From positions 4,015 through 68,014 of the forward strand of contig JAFTTR010000016.1 of NCBI GenBank assembly GCA_017466695.1: a stretch of DNA of 64,000 nt. Direction: 5' to 3'. The notes under the pieces are model-generated. The model was not told the origin of the DNA and did no database searches. It was given only the letters and a program-made list of their open reading frames with translations. Every line of letters starts with the position of its first letter. Positions within the stretch are counted from its first letter, which is position 1. The position numbers were made by a program, and so were the translations under genes. Positions 51,749 to 60,833 of this stretch are shown here, in pieces. This stretch comes from Alphaproteobacteria bacterium (GTDB lineage Bacteria; Pseudomonadota; Alphaproteobacteria; CAAHEQ01; UBA3637).

Positions 51749-53318
51749 TTCCCCCTCTTTTATTTGTTTTTTTCAGTTTTTTTTTACTTTTTACCAAAGG
51801 AGCAAAACGTTTCAATTCCGTAAGTCTATATCCTGTATATATTCCAAGCAACATAATTAAAAAGAGAATAACAACATTTAACTCATTAAAAGCAAATGTA
51901 ATATGTCTAATTGACTCATTTACAATCACAAAATAAATTACAATTGCAGCAAACAAACTGTATAACATTTCTTTAAATGCATTTTTAAAACCTTCTTCCT
52001 CCCAAATAATAGACCCTCTTTCAATAACCCAAGCTATAATAATAATTGGGAAAAAGAGTGCTGAAGAAGCGACTTGCCAATCAAATTGATAACCCAAAAT
52101 AGCAAATATTTGAATAAGTAATATCACAAAAACAACAACAGCAGAAATACGTGGAACAAGCAATAAATTCAAGCGTGATAAACACATTCGAATAAATAAA
52201 CCAACACCAACAACAATACTAAAACAAATCAATCCTTTTAAAAATCCAGTTTCAACCAAAGCCATAGAAATCAACATTGGTGTAAACGTCCCCATTGTTT
52301 TAATGCCTATTACATTTCTTAAAATAACAACGACTAAAATCGCCAAAGGAAAAACCATCAACCATTTGAGTGCATTTTGCTGTTCGAGGGGCAAATTATA
52401 AACAGAATAAGAAAAAAAGTTTTCAATATCTGCATTTTTCGATCTATGTTTTGCCATACTAAATGAAGAATTAAGCGATTTTAAAACAGAATATTTTATT
52501 GAAGAATCCCCTCCTCCGATAACATCTACCAAAGAAGCATTGCCTTTTTGAAATACAATAAAATCTGCAGGCAAACCTGTTTTCCCTGTTTCGATATTAT
52601 AAACATACCATTTTTTTTCATTTAAGTTATAAGCCTCTATCATCACATCAGCTGTAACCGATTTTTTCCCTTCAACTAAATGAACACCTCTAATGACTCT
52701 GGCTGGTATATTTTCAAGCGCCAACAGATCGACAATTTTTTCTGCTTTTTCTTTTAATTTAGTTCTTTTAGGTAAAAAAGACTGAACAAGTTCTGTTGCC
52801 TCCTCATTATTTAAAAGTGCAATAATTTTTTGCGCATTATCCCCTTCTTCTTTTTTTGCAACTTGAAGCAATTCTTTAGCAATCATCATTGTTTCATCAT
52901 CAAACAATGGCTCAACAATTTTTGGTGGATTATTTTCTTTTTTTGCTTTTTTTGCATCAACTGTATCATAAAGCAAAATCCGATAATACACATTTTGTGT
53001 CTTTTTTAAATTTTTCCCAACCAACTTGATTGTTCTATCTTTTTTTTGAACAGTATAATTACCCTTTGCAATTGTATTTTCATCCAAAATTTTAAATGTG
53101 CCATCCACAATGGGTCGAGAAAAAACAATTTCCACATTTTCAGAGACAGGTTTAAATTTTAAGTTTGCTTCAATTGTCCAAACAGGTGTCTTTTTATCAA
53201 TCTCCCATGTAAAATTCAAAAAATGTTGTTTGTAATAAATTCCAAAACCAGCATACAAAAGAGAAAAGATTAATCCTACAAATAAACTCCATCTTACAAT
53301 TGCTAGTTTTTTAAACAT
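51741..53318 (-). CDS. 7TM membrane protein with large N-terminal extracytoplasmic domain (inactive-transglutaminase-fused 7TM family-like)
   Basis: 525 aa; N-terminal anchor, about 280-aa soluble domain, then seven predicted TM helices (res 310-505); overlaps the ATP-grasp gene start by 8 nt. Confidence 0.6.
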   Translation of the reverse strand: MFKKLAIVRWSLFVGLIFSLLYAGFGIYYKQHFLNFTWEIDKKTPVWTIEANLKFKPVSENVEIVFSRPIVDGTFKILDENTIAKGNYTVQKKDRTIKLVGKNLKKTQNVYYRILLYDTVDAKKAKKENNPPKIVEPLFDDETMMIAKELLQVAKKEEGDNAQKIIALLNNEEATELVQSFLPKRTKLKEKAEKIVDLLALENIPARVIRGVHLVEGKKSVTADVMIEAYNLNEKKWYVYNIETGKTGLPADFIVFQKGNASLVDVIGGGDSSIKYSVLKSLNSSFSMAKHRSKNADIENFFSYSVYNLPLEQQNALKWLMVFPLAILVVVILRNVIGIKTMGTFTPMLISMALVETGFLKGLICFSIVVGVGLFIRMCLSRLNLLLVPRISAVVVFVILLIQIFAILGYQFDWQVASSALFFPIIIIAWVIERGSIIWEEEGFKNAFKEMLYSLFAAIVIYFVIVNESIRHITFAFNELNVVILFLIMLLGIYTGYRLTELKRFAPLVKSKKKLKKTNKRGGNV

Positions 53319-53330
53319 GGTATCCTCTTA

Positions 53331-53906
53331 TTAATATAACGTTTTTGAAAGAGCCGTATCAACAATAGCTCTACCTTTTAAAACATTTCGCCCAATTAAA
53401 CCTTGATAATCAAACTTAGAGCGATCAGCTAAAGAAAATTGTGTTGTTATTTTTTCATCTCCCATTTTAATGGTCATCAGAACAACTATTCTTTCTTCCG
53501 ATTCTTTTTGTCTTTTTATAGCCGTTTGGCGATAAACTCGTTTTTCAAAATGGTGTGTCTCCCCATTTTTTTTATTCACAACATCAAAAGAAACCCACTT
53601 AACTCCTTCTCTTTCAAAAAGATTAATATTTTGAGCATCAATAGAAGATGTCGCAGCCCCCGTATCAATTCTAGATAAAATCGCCTTTTTCATTGGTAAA
53701 AAATAAACAGGTTCAACCTCACCAATAATTCCTAATTTATGAGTTTGAGACACCTGTTCTTCTAGAGAGACAGCTGGGACTTTTATTGTTTTAATTGTTT
53801 CAATAACTGTTGGTTTTGTTGGCGTTATTTCTTTTTTTTCAACAGCACAAGATGAGCAAATAGCCAATGACAATACTAAAAAAGAACTTAAAAAATGTTT
53901 TTTCAT
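53331..53906 (-). CDS. retropepsin-like aspartic protease (COG4067 / putative ATP-dependent zinc protease family)
   Basis: Start at MKKHFL (AAAAGGGG SD); signal peptide; catalytic-type RIDTGAATSSID motif. Confidence 0.65.
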   Translation of the reverse strand: MKKHFLSSFLVLSLAICSSCAVEKKEITPTKPTVIETIKTIKVPAVSLEEQVSQTHKLGIIGEVEPVYFLPMKKAILSRIDTGAATSSIDAQNINLFEREGVKWVSFDVVNKKNGETHHFEKRVYRQTAIKRQKESEERIVVLMTIKMGDEKITTQFSLADRSKFDYQGLIGRNVLKGRAIVDTALSKTLY

Positions 53907-54026
53907 TTTTACCCCTTTTATGACATTTTTTTTATATTTTAATAAAAACATACAAAAAGTAAAGCAAAAACTTGCTATTTTTTTTTGAATAAAATATATT
54001 CATCATAAACAAAGGAGACGACTATA

Positions 54027-54395
54027 ATGACAGAGAAAAAAAGTGCCATTAAACATATTATTGACGCCTGTTTTTATTCATATAGTGGAATAAAATCTGC
54101 CTATAAAAGCGAGATTGCATTTCGCCAAGATATTGCTATCTGCACCTTTTTATTTATTTTTGCACTTATTCTTCCTGTTTCTTTTGTTTATAAGCTACTA
54201 ATGATTGTTTCTCTTTTCATCATCTTAATTGCTGAACTCATCAATACGGCTATCGAAACAGTTATTGATAGAATTTCAAGTGAAATTCACCCCCTTTCTA
54301 AAAAAGCAAAAGATATCGGCAGTGCTATTGTATTCTTTGCATTTTTGCAAATGATTTTTGTTTTTCTAAGTTCACTCATCATAGCTATATTTTAA
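54027..54395 (+). CDS. dgkA: diacylglycerol kinase
   Basis: 122 aa, 3 TM; LINTAIETVIDRISSEIHPLSKKAKDIGSAIV aligns to E. coli DgkA ILNSAIEAVVDRIGSEYHELSGRAKDMGSAAV. Confidence 0.92.
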   Translation: MTEKKSAIKHIIDACFYSYSGIKSAYKSEIAFRQDIAICTFLFIFALILPVSFVYKLLMIVSLFIILIAELINTAIETVIDRISSEIHPLSKKAKDIGSAIVFFAFLQMIFVFLSSLIIAIF

Positions 54396-54397
54396 CA

Positions 54398-54751
54398 TTA
54401 TCTACGTCCTTTATGGCCTTTAGGTCTCTTTGAGGATTTATGTTGTTTATAATGATGATTTTTAATCTTTTTATGATGATTATGTGAAGCAACACCTAAA
54501 ATGATACCCCCAACCAAAGCACCAATACCTAATGCAGTTATAGCAGCATCAGAAGCATCTGATGAAGTTTGAATATACTTTTCTTGAACAACAATTTTTT
54601 CTTGAACTGGTTGATTAACAATGACTGTGGTAGCAGGTTGTGGCTCATTCACGTAAATTGTTTTATAATAACCAGCATGAGCTGGTAATCCTGCCATCAT
54701 TGTGATTGCTATCAATAAAGAAAAAGCTATTGGTTTATTCACTTTTAACAT
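54398..54751 (-). CDS. small secreted/membrane protein with glycine-zipper segment and His/Lys-rich tail
   Basis: 117 aa; signal peptide AHA|GYY; ITALGIGALVGGIILGVA glycine zipper; tail HNHHKKIKNHHYKQHKSSKRPKGHKGRR. Confidence 0.5.
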   Translation of the reverse strand: MLKVNKPIAFSLLIAITMMAGLPAHAGYYKTIYVNEPQPATTVIVNQPVQEKIVVQEKYIQTSSDASDAAITALGIGALVGGIILGVASHNHHKKIKNHHYKQHKSSKRPKGHKGRR

Positions 54752-54876
54752 TTTATTTCTCCTTTATGATTTAAAACTCATTATTCCTAACGAAAAGAAA
54801 AATAAAATTGTTCATTTTTTATAGCTTGATATTTATTTTCTATTTATATAACATAAATAAGAAACGAGAACTTAAA

Positions 54877-56049
54877 ATGAAAAAATCACTTTATTTAAAT
54901 AATATTCAATTAAAAGCTGAGCTTGATCGATGCTTAGGATGCTCGAGTAAACCTTGCAAAATAGCTTGTCCTATCAAATGCGATCCTCATTACTTTATAA
55001 AAAAAGCAAAAGAAAATAATTTTAAGGAAGCTGCCACTTCTATATATCAACAAAATCCATTGGGGAAAATTTGTGGACTTGTGTGCCCTGAACATTTATG
55101 TATGAAAGCTTGCATTCGTGGGAAAATTGACTTTCCTATTAATATTCCAAAAGTTCAAGCAACAATCATTGAAAAAGCAAACATCAAAGACCCAATTAAA
55201 AGCACAAACAAAATCCATAGCCAGGCCCATATTGCAATCATTGGCGCAGGTCCTGCCGGCATTTCAGCAGCAATTACTTTTGCTCAACACGGAATCTCAA
55301 GCACTTTATTTGAAGCCGAACCCAACATTGGTGGTGCAATTAATCTCATTCCCGAAGATAGACTACCTAAACAAGTTATTAAAGAAGAATTTTCTTATTT
55401 TTCAAATGCAGAACTTATCCATATTTTAACACACAAAAAAATAACCAACCCCCAAGCTCTTTTGAAAAAAGGTTTTTCTCATATTATTATCACAACAGGA
55501 GAAGATAAACCTCATTTATTAAATATTATGGGCGAAGAATTTTGTATACCATATCAAGATTATCTTAAATCTCCTAAAACATATTCTCATTTTAATAAGA
55601 TTGCAATTATTGGAGGGGGGAATGTGGCAGCCGACTGTGCACTTACAGCTAAAAAATTAGGAACAAAAGAAATCGATATTTTCATTCGAAGACGTTCTTG
55701 CGATATGCGATTATCTCCTCATCAACAGCTAGAACTTATTCAAGAAGAAATAAGTATCAATCCTCTTTGTTCCCCTGTCGAAATTTTACAAGATAAAAAT
55801 AAATTTTCACTTAGAGTTATTCTAAATAAAGTAACTGAATCAACTTTTAAATCCAACCCGAATGAAACTCATTTATATACAAACTTTGATGCTGTTATTC
55901 GAGCGACTGGCGCAAAATCAAGCATTCAAAAATATGACGAAAATATTTTTTATGCAGGAGACTGCAAAAATGGTTCTTCAAGCGTTGTTGAAGCATTAAG
56001 TGATGGCAAACAAGTTGCTCTTAAAATTATAAAATCTCTTTTAAAATAA
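54877..56049 (+). CDS. FAD/NAD(P)-dependent oxidoreductase, glutamate synthase small-subunit-like (GltD/PreT family) with N-terminal Fe-S cysteine clusters
   Basis: Start at MKKSLY; Cys clusters CLGCSSKPCKIACP and CGLVCPEHLCMKAC; two Rossmann dinucleotide motifs IAIIGAGPAG and IAIIGGGNVA. Confidence 0.75.
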   Translation: MKKSLYLNNIQLKAELDRCLGCSSKPCKIACPIKCDPHYFIKKAKENNFKEAATSIYQQNPLGKICGLVCPEHLCMKACIRGKIDFPINIPKVQATIIEKANIKDPIKSTNKIHSQAHIAIIGAGPAGISAAITFAQHGISSTLFEAEPNIGGAINLIPEDRLPKQVIKEEFSYFSNAELIHILTHKKITNPQALLKKGFSHIIITTGEDKPHLLNIMGEEFCIPYQDYLKSPKTYSHFNKIAIIGGGNVAADCALTAKKLGTKEIDIFIRRRSCDMRLSPHQQLELIQEEISINPLCSPVEILQDKNKFSLRVILNKVTESTFKSNPNETHLYTNFDAVIRATGAKSSIQKYDENIFYAGDCKNGSSSVVEALSDGKQVALKIIKSLLK

Positions 56050-56137
56050 AAAAAATTCCCTATTTGATAACAAGTAAAAAAAACTTGATGATTTTTTACT
56101 TTTTTGTTATATTCACATTAATTTAAAGGATTATATT

Positions 56138-56602
56138 ATGAAATTAAATACGGATGTCACAGGGACTAATTTTAATAATCATGCTTTTCATTCTGAGAAA
56201 GATGCAATTTCTCTTGAAAAAAAAGCTCAAGATCTCATTCATTCCTTAACAAAATCATTTTTACAAGAAGCTAATCTTTCACTTTTACATATGCAACAAA
56301 TATTAAATGATACCTCTTTTTTAAAAGAAAGTGAAAAAACAAGGGTTATTCAATCTATTTTTTTTCAAGCAGCTCATGATTTAAAAGGCCAAGGAACAAC
56401 GTATGGATACCCACTTGTTACAAAAATTGCATCCCATATCTGCTCTAAAATAAAAAAACAAAAAATTTATTCCAATGAAGATATTTTTTCATTCAAAAAA
56501 GATGTATCAAATATGATTGAAGTACTTCAAATGCAACCTAATCAAAAAAATTTAAAATTAGAAACCCACATTTTAAAACAGCTGGAGTGTGATAATGAGT
56601 AA
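56138..56602 (+). CDS. Hpt (histidine phosphotransfer) domain protein
   Basis: 154 aa; Hpt signature AAHDLKGQGTTYGYPLV. Confidence 0.65.
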   Translation: MKLNTDVTGTNFNNHAFHSEKDAISLEKKAQDLIHSLTKSFLQEANLSLLHMQQILNDTSFLKESEKTRVIQSIFFQAAHDLKGQGTTYGYPLVTKIASHICSKIKKQKIYSNEDIFSFKKDVSNMIEVLQMQPNQKNLKLETHILKQLECDNE

Positions 56603-57275
56603 TATTTTACCTCACATATTGGTCATTGATGATGATACTCGTTTAAGACGATTATTAAAAAAATACTTAAGCGAAAATAATTTTGAAGTCAGTGAAGCAG
56701 CCAATGCGCAAGAGGCAAAGTCTCTTTTAAACTTGTTCACATTTTCTATTCTTATTATGGACGTCATGATGCCTGGTCAAAATGGCCAAGAATTAACAAA
56801 AGAACTGCGTCAAAATCAGATTAATATTCCCATTTTAATGCTCACAGCAATGGGGGATATTGACAATCGTATTTCAGGTCTTGAGGCTGGCGCAGACGAT
56901 TATTTACCTAAACCATTCGAACCCAAAGAATTACTCCTTAGAATAAATAATATTTTAAAAAGGCAAATCCAGCAAGAAATCCGAACTGAAATTTTATTTG
57001 GCGATTGCAGTTACGATTCAAAAACAGGAAAACTGACAAAAAATAATGCACCTGTTTTATTAACCGGTGCAGAACAAGATTTACTTAAAATCTTAGTTTC
57101 AAAAATTGGAAATCCTATTTCAAGAGAAGAAATTGCCCAATCTCTTGAAACAGATAATATCAGAGCAATTGACGTTCAAATTACAAGATTAAGACGAAAA
57201 ATTGAAACAGATATCAAAAAACCGATTTGTATTCAAACACTGCGTGGGCAAGGTTATATTTTGGTGCCAAGATGA
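56595..57275 (+). CDS. OmpR-family response regulator
   Basis: Receiver domain (DDD ... D57-equivalent IMDVMMPG, T/K residues) and C-terminal winged helix (ITRLRRKIE ... IQTLRGQGY). Confidence 0.9.
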   Translation: MSNILPHILVIDDDTRLRRLLKKYLSENNFEVSEAANAQEAKSLLNLFTFSILIMDVMMPGQNGQELTKELRQNQINIPILMLTAMGDIDNRISGLEAGADDYLPKPFEPKELLLRINNILKRQIQQEIRTEILFGDCSYDSKTGKLTKNNAPVLLTGAEQDLLKILVSKIGNPISREEIAQSLETDNIRAIDVQITRLRRKIETDIKKPICIQTLRGQGYILVPR

Positions 57276-58678
57276 GCAAAAAAACACCCTTTATTATTTT
57301 AAAACGTTTTTTAATTTGGTTAATGCAAGCCTTTGATGGCGTGCGTATCCGTATTTTTCCACAAAGTCTTTTTTATCGTTTTATTTTAATTATACTGCTC
57401 CCTCTTATTTTTTTGCAAACGGTTATGTTTATCTTCTTCTATGACAGGCATTGGCAAACGGTAAGTAGAAGATTGGCTGCTGACGTTGCCGGAGAACTGA
57501 CACTCATCTCAGATTTTATTTCTTCTGGCGCAGATGAAAATAGTATCCATAATTTTCTCGCCAAAGCCTCTCATAATTTATCCATAAAATTATCATTTAA
57601 AAAACAAGAGCTCATTTTAAATCAACGTCTTAATTATGAAGATTCCTCTGTTACACACCTTACAAATGAATTAGCAGATATTCATTATCCTGTTTATATG
57701 ACACCCATTACAAATAAAAGAATCCTTGTTTCCATTCAATTACCCTCCGGTGTTTTAAACGCCATTATTCCACAAAAACGCTTTTTCAGCTCAACAGTTC
57801 TTGTCTTTCTTGGATGGACAATTGTTTCATCTATTTTATTATTTTTAATTGCATTCTTGTTTATGAAAAATCAGGTTCGATCTATTGAAAAATTAGCAAG
57901 AGCTTCTGAATTATTTGGAATTGGACAAGATATACCTTTCAAACCTGCTGGTGCGACAGAAGTTAAACGTGCAGGTCTAGCCTTCCTTCTTATGAGAAAC
58001 AGAATTTTAAAATATTTAAGTGAACGAACAACAATGCTCGCTGGGGTATCTCATGATTTAAGAACACCTCTTACAAGAATGAAACTCCAATTGTCTATGA
58101 TGAATAAAGATGAAACAACCCGTGATCTTGCATCAGACGTAGAAGAAATGGAGAAAATGCTTACCGGCTATCTAACATTTGCACGTGGGGAAGGAAAGGA
58201 ATTGCCTCAACGCTTTCAATTGGATGAGCTTATCAAACAGTTAGTTGAAAAACAACGCAAAACAAATCAAGCCATTTCTCTTCATATTGAAAATGATATT
58301 GAAATATCCGGACGAGTGAATGAACTTACTCGTGCAATAAATAATATTTTAACCAATGCAGCAAGATACGCTTCACAAACAGCTGTTGTTCTTGGCATTC
58401 GAAATGAAACTGCAACAATTACCATTGATGATAACGGCCCAGGTATTCCTCTTGAAAAAAGACAAGAAGTATTTAAAGCATTCTATAGGCTCGAAGCATC
58501 GAGGAATCAGGCTACAGGTGGGATTGGACTTGGGCTAACCATCACCCGAGACATCATCCTTTCTCATGGTGGCGACATTTCTTTATCCAATAGCCCCCTC
58601 GGTGGTTTGCGTGTTGTCATTTCATTGCCACTCTCTGGTTTTGAAACACCTCAAAGTGAAAAAATAATGCAAATTTGA
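57272..58678 (+). CDS. sensor histidine kinase (EnvZ-like: 2 TM, HAMP, HisKA, HATPase)
   Basis: ATG overlaps the RR stop (ATGA). H-box LAGVSHDLRTPL, N-box ILTNAARYA, G1 DDNGPGIP, G2 GGIGLGL. Confidence 0.9.
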   Translation: MSKKTPFIILKRFLIWLMQAFDGVRIRIFPQSLFYRFILIILLPLIFLQTVMFIFFYDRHWQTVSRRLAADVAGELTLISDFISSGADENSIHNFLAKASHNLSIKLSFKKQELILNQRLNYEDSSVTHLTNELADIHYPVYMTPITNKRILVSIQLPSGVLNAIIPQKRFFSSTVLVFLGWTIVSSILLFLIAFLFMKNQVRSIEKLARASELFGIGQDIPFKPAGATEVKRAGLAFLLMRNRILKYLSERTTMLAGVSHDLRTPLTRMKLQLSMMNKDETTRDLASDVEEMEKMLTGYLTFARGEGKELPQRFQLDELIKQLVEKQRKTNQAISLHIENDIEISGRVNELTRAINNILTNAARYASQTAVVLGIRNETATITIDDNGPGIPLEKRQEVFKAFYRLEASRNQATGGIGLGLTITRDIILSHGGDISLSNSPLGGLRVVISLPLSGFETPQSEKIMQI

Positions 58679-58861
58679 TTTTTCAAATTTATTATCCCTT
58701 AAAAAAAAATAATTTTTTGTTGTATGTGCGCATTTTTTTGCTTGCAACTTCATTTTCAAAGTTGTAGTATGAATTATATTCTATAACAAGAAGGGGATGA
58801 ATACGTCTTACAAATGTTGTTCGAATATATATTTTTTATATATTTTTCAGAGGGATAAAAA

Positions 58862-60004
58862 ATGGGACAAAAAAATTTTCTTTTACATTTATGCGTTTGC
58901 AGTCTGTTAAGTTATGCTCCATTTTTTGCCTTCAATGTTCAAGCATATAATAACTTAGAGGTTGCTCAAGGGGATGGAGAGCCTGTCGAAGTATCTGTCG
59001 AAGAACAATTACAAGCAGCCCAAAAACTTGCTGATGAAGAAAATGAAAACACAGCAACAATTACAGCAGAAGGTGATTTTTTACTCCCAACATATTTATT
59101 AAAAACCACTGAAGATACATCAAGTAAAATTGAAGAGATACCTACTGATGAACCTCTTTTTGATGAGCCAACTGAGAAAAAAGAACCCTCAGTAAAAAAA
59201 ATTACTGCTGTTAAAAAGAAAACACAAACAGACTTACCTGTTGTAATGATTAAACAAACAGAGCTTATCCCTGTGAATGAGCAAATGGAAGTTGAGAGAA
59301 AATTAACAGGATCAACAACACAAACTCAAAAGATTTACGATCAAGCAACTCAAAAGAAAAATTCTTTTTCTGTAAATAAAAAAGAAAATAACTTGAGCGT
59401 CTCCAAGAAAAAACAATCAAATCAATCTTTAGCATCTTCAACAGATGACGAAATCAGTAGTATTTTAAAAGGAACTGATTCCTTAAAAACACAAGAAATC
59501 GAAACAGGGAAGAAAAAGCCTCTTCTTTTGCCATTAAAAGGAACAAAAAAACCAGTAAAAGCAGAAAGTGTAGATGAATTTATCCCTAATCCAAGATTGA
59601 AAACATATTCTTCCGTCTATGCAGATAAGGTTCTTGAAGCAGCACAAACAAATCAAGAATTGCCTTTAATTATGCCAATGGATTTAAAAGTTTCATTTTA
59701 TCCAAACGCTGCTGATTTTTCGGGTCAAACAATCAAATGGTTAAAGGTTTTTTCACTCAAAGCTTTGCAAGATCCACGTTATGTTATTGAAGTTCGTCTA
59801 AGTAAAGAAGATCTTTTATTACAACAAAAACGCTTGTTTGTTATTCAAAAGATTTTAGCAAATTCAGGTTTATCAAGTCATCAATTAGTTGTTGATTATG
59901 TAAAAAGGCCAAAAGATAGTCTTATTTTAAGAATGGTTAAGAAAGAGCCTTCTGTTAACATTCGTTCACGTACAAAAAAAGAAAAAAGTGTTATTAACTG
60001 GTAA
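58862..60004 (+). CDS. secreted hypothetical protein, low-complexity Lys/Thr/Gln-rich middle, possible OmpA/MotB-like C-terminal region
   Basis: 380 aa; signal peptide; C-terminal RLFVIQKILANSGLSSHQLVVDYV loosely resembles the LSxxRA-type peptidoglycan-binding motif. Confidence 0.45.
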   Translation: MGQKNFLLHLCVCSLLSYAPFFAFNVQAYNNLEVAQGDGEPVEVSVEEQLQAAQKLADEENENTATITAEGDFLLPTYLLKTTEDTSSKIEEIPTDEPLFDEPTEKKEPSVKKITAVKKKTQTDLPVVMIKQTELIPVNEQMEVERKLTGSTTQTQKIYDQATQKKNSFSVNKKENNLSVSKKKQSNQSLASSTDDEISSILKGTDSLKTQEIETGKKKPLLLPLKGTKKPVKAESVDEFIPNPRLKTYSSVYADKVLEAAQTNQELPLIMPMDLKVSFYPNAADFSGQTIKWLKVFSLKALQDPRYVIEVRLSKEDLLLQQKRLFVIQKILANSGLSSHQLVVDYVKRPKDSLILRMVKKEPSVNIRSRTKKEKSVINW

Positions 60005-60020
60005 CAATAAAGGAGTTTAG

Positions 60021-60833
60021 ATGAGACAAGATTATTTAAAACAAACCACAATAGCAGGACTTTTGTTCTGTGGTTTAAGTTTTATGAGTGGATGTGCTTC
60101 TCTCTCACAAGGTGATGAAGTTATTGCACAAGAAGAACCTGTAACATATACTGCTCCTGCGCAAGGTGTTGTTGATCCAAACATTTGCTCTCCAGAAAAT
60201 CCAGCAGCCTGCATCGTTTCTTATGAAGATCCAAGTTTAACACTGGGCCAAAGTTATACACCTTATGAAGGATTGGCTGTTTCAACAAACGCATCTTATC
60301 TTGTTGATATGGCCCCAGTGTCCATTTCCGTTCCCATGATTGAACAAGGCTTATCAGTTAAAGAGAAAATGGCTCAAAAAGAATTAGAACAACAACAAAA
60401 AGATTTAGCATTAAAACCTGTTTCAAATGCTGATATTATTTGTAATGGAGAAGACTGCCAAGATCAATTATTTAAAACCGAGATTGAAAAAGAAGTTCAA
60501 ACAACCATTACAGAAGAAACAACATTAAGAGCTCCAACATTGAAAGATAAACTCGCTTATGGCGAGGAAGTTCATGATTGGGAAGCAAAAGCTGGTGACA
60601 CAATGCGTACTCTTTTAAGACAATGGGGGGAAGCCTCTGGTTGGACTGTTGTTTGGAAACTAGATAGAGACTATCATTTAGAGGCAGGCGTTGTCTTTAG
60701 AGGGAATTTTACTGAAGTTGCAGCCGCATTTATCCGTTCTTTTGCAAGAGCAACTCCAGCTCCAATTGGTACATTCTATAAAGGAAACAGAGTTCTAGTT
60801 ATAAATGCACAGGAGAATGAAAATGCAGATTAA
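60021..60833 (+). CDS. lipoprotein with TcpQ/PilL-like C-terminal domain (type IVb pilus biogenesis)
   Basis: Lipobox FMSGC|AS. C-terminus GDTMRTLLRQWGEASGWTVVWKLDRDYHLEAGVVFRGNFTEVAAAFIRSFARATPAPIGTFYKGNRVLVIN fits my recollection of the TcpQ-family pattern (tLR..L..WA..aGW.v.W..dy.l ... f.G.f..A ... fy.gNrVLvv). Confidence 0.5.
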   Translation: MRQDYLKQTTIAGLLFCGLSFMSGCASLSQGDEVIAQEEPVTYTAPAQGVVDPNICSPENPAACIVSYEDPSLTLGQSYTPYEGLAVSTNASYLVDMAPVSISVPMIEQGLSVKEKMAQKELEQQQKDLALKPVSNADIICNGEDCQDQLFKTEIEKEVQTTITEETTLRAPTLKDKLAYGEEVHDWEAKAGDTMRTLLRQWGEASGWTVVWKLDRDYHLEAGVVFRGNFTEVAAAFIRSFARATPAPIGTFYKGNRVLVINAQENENAD

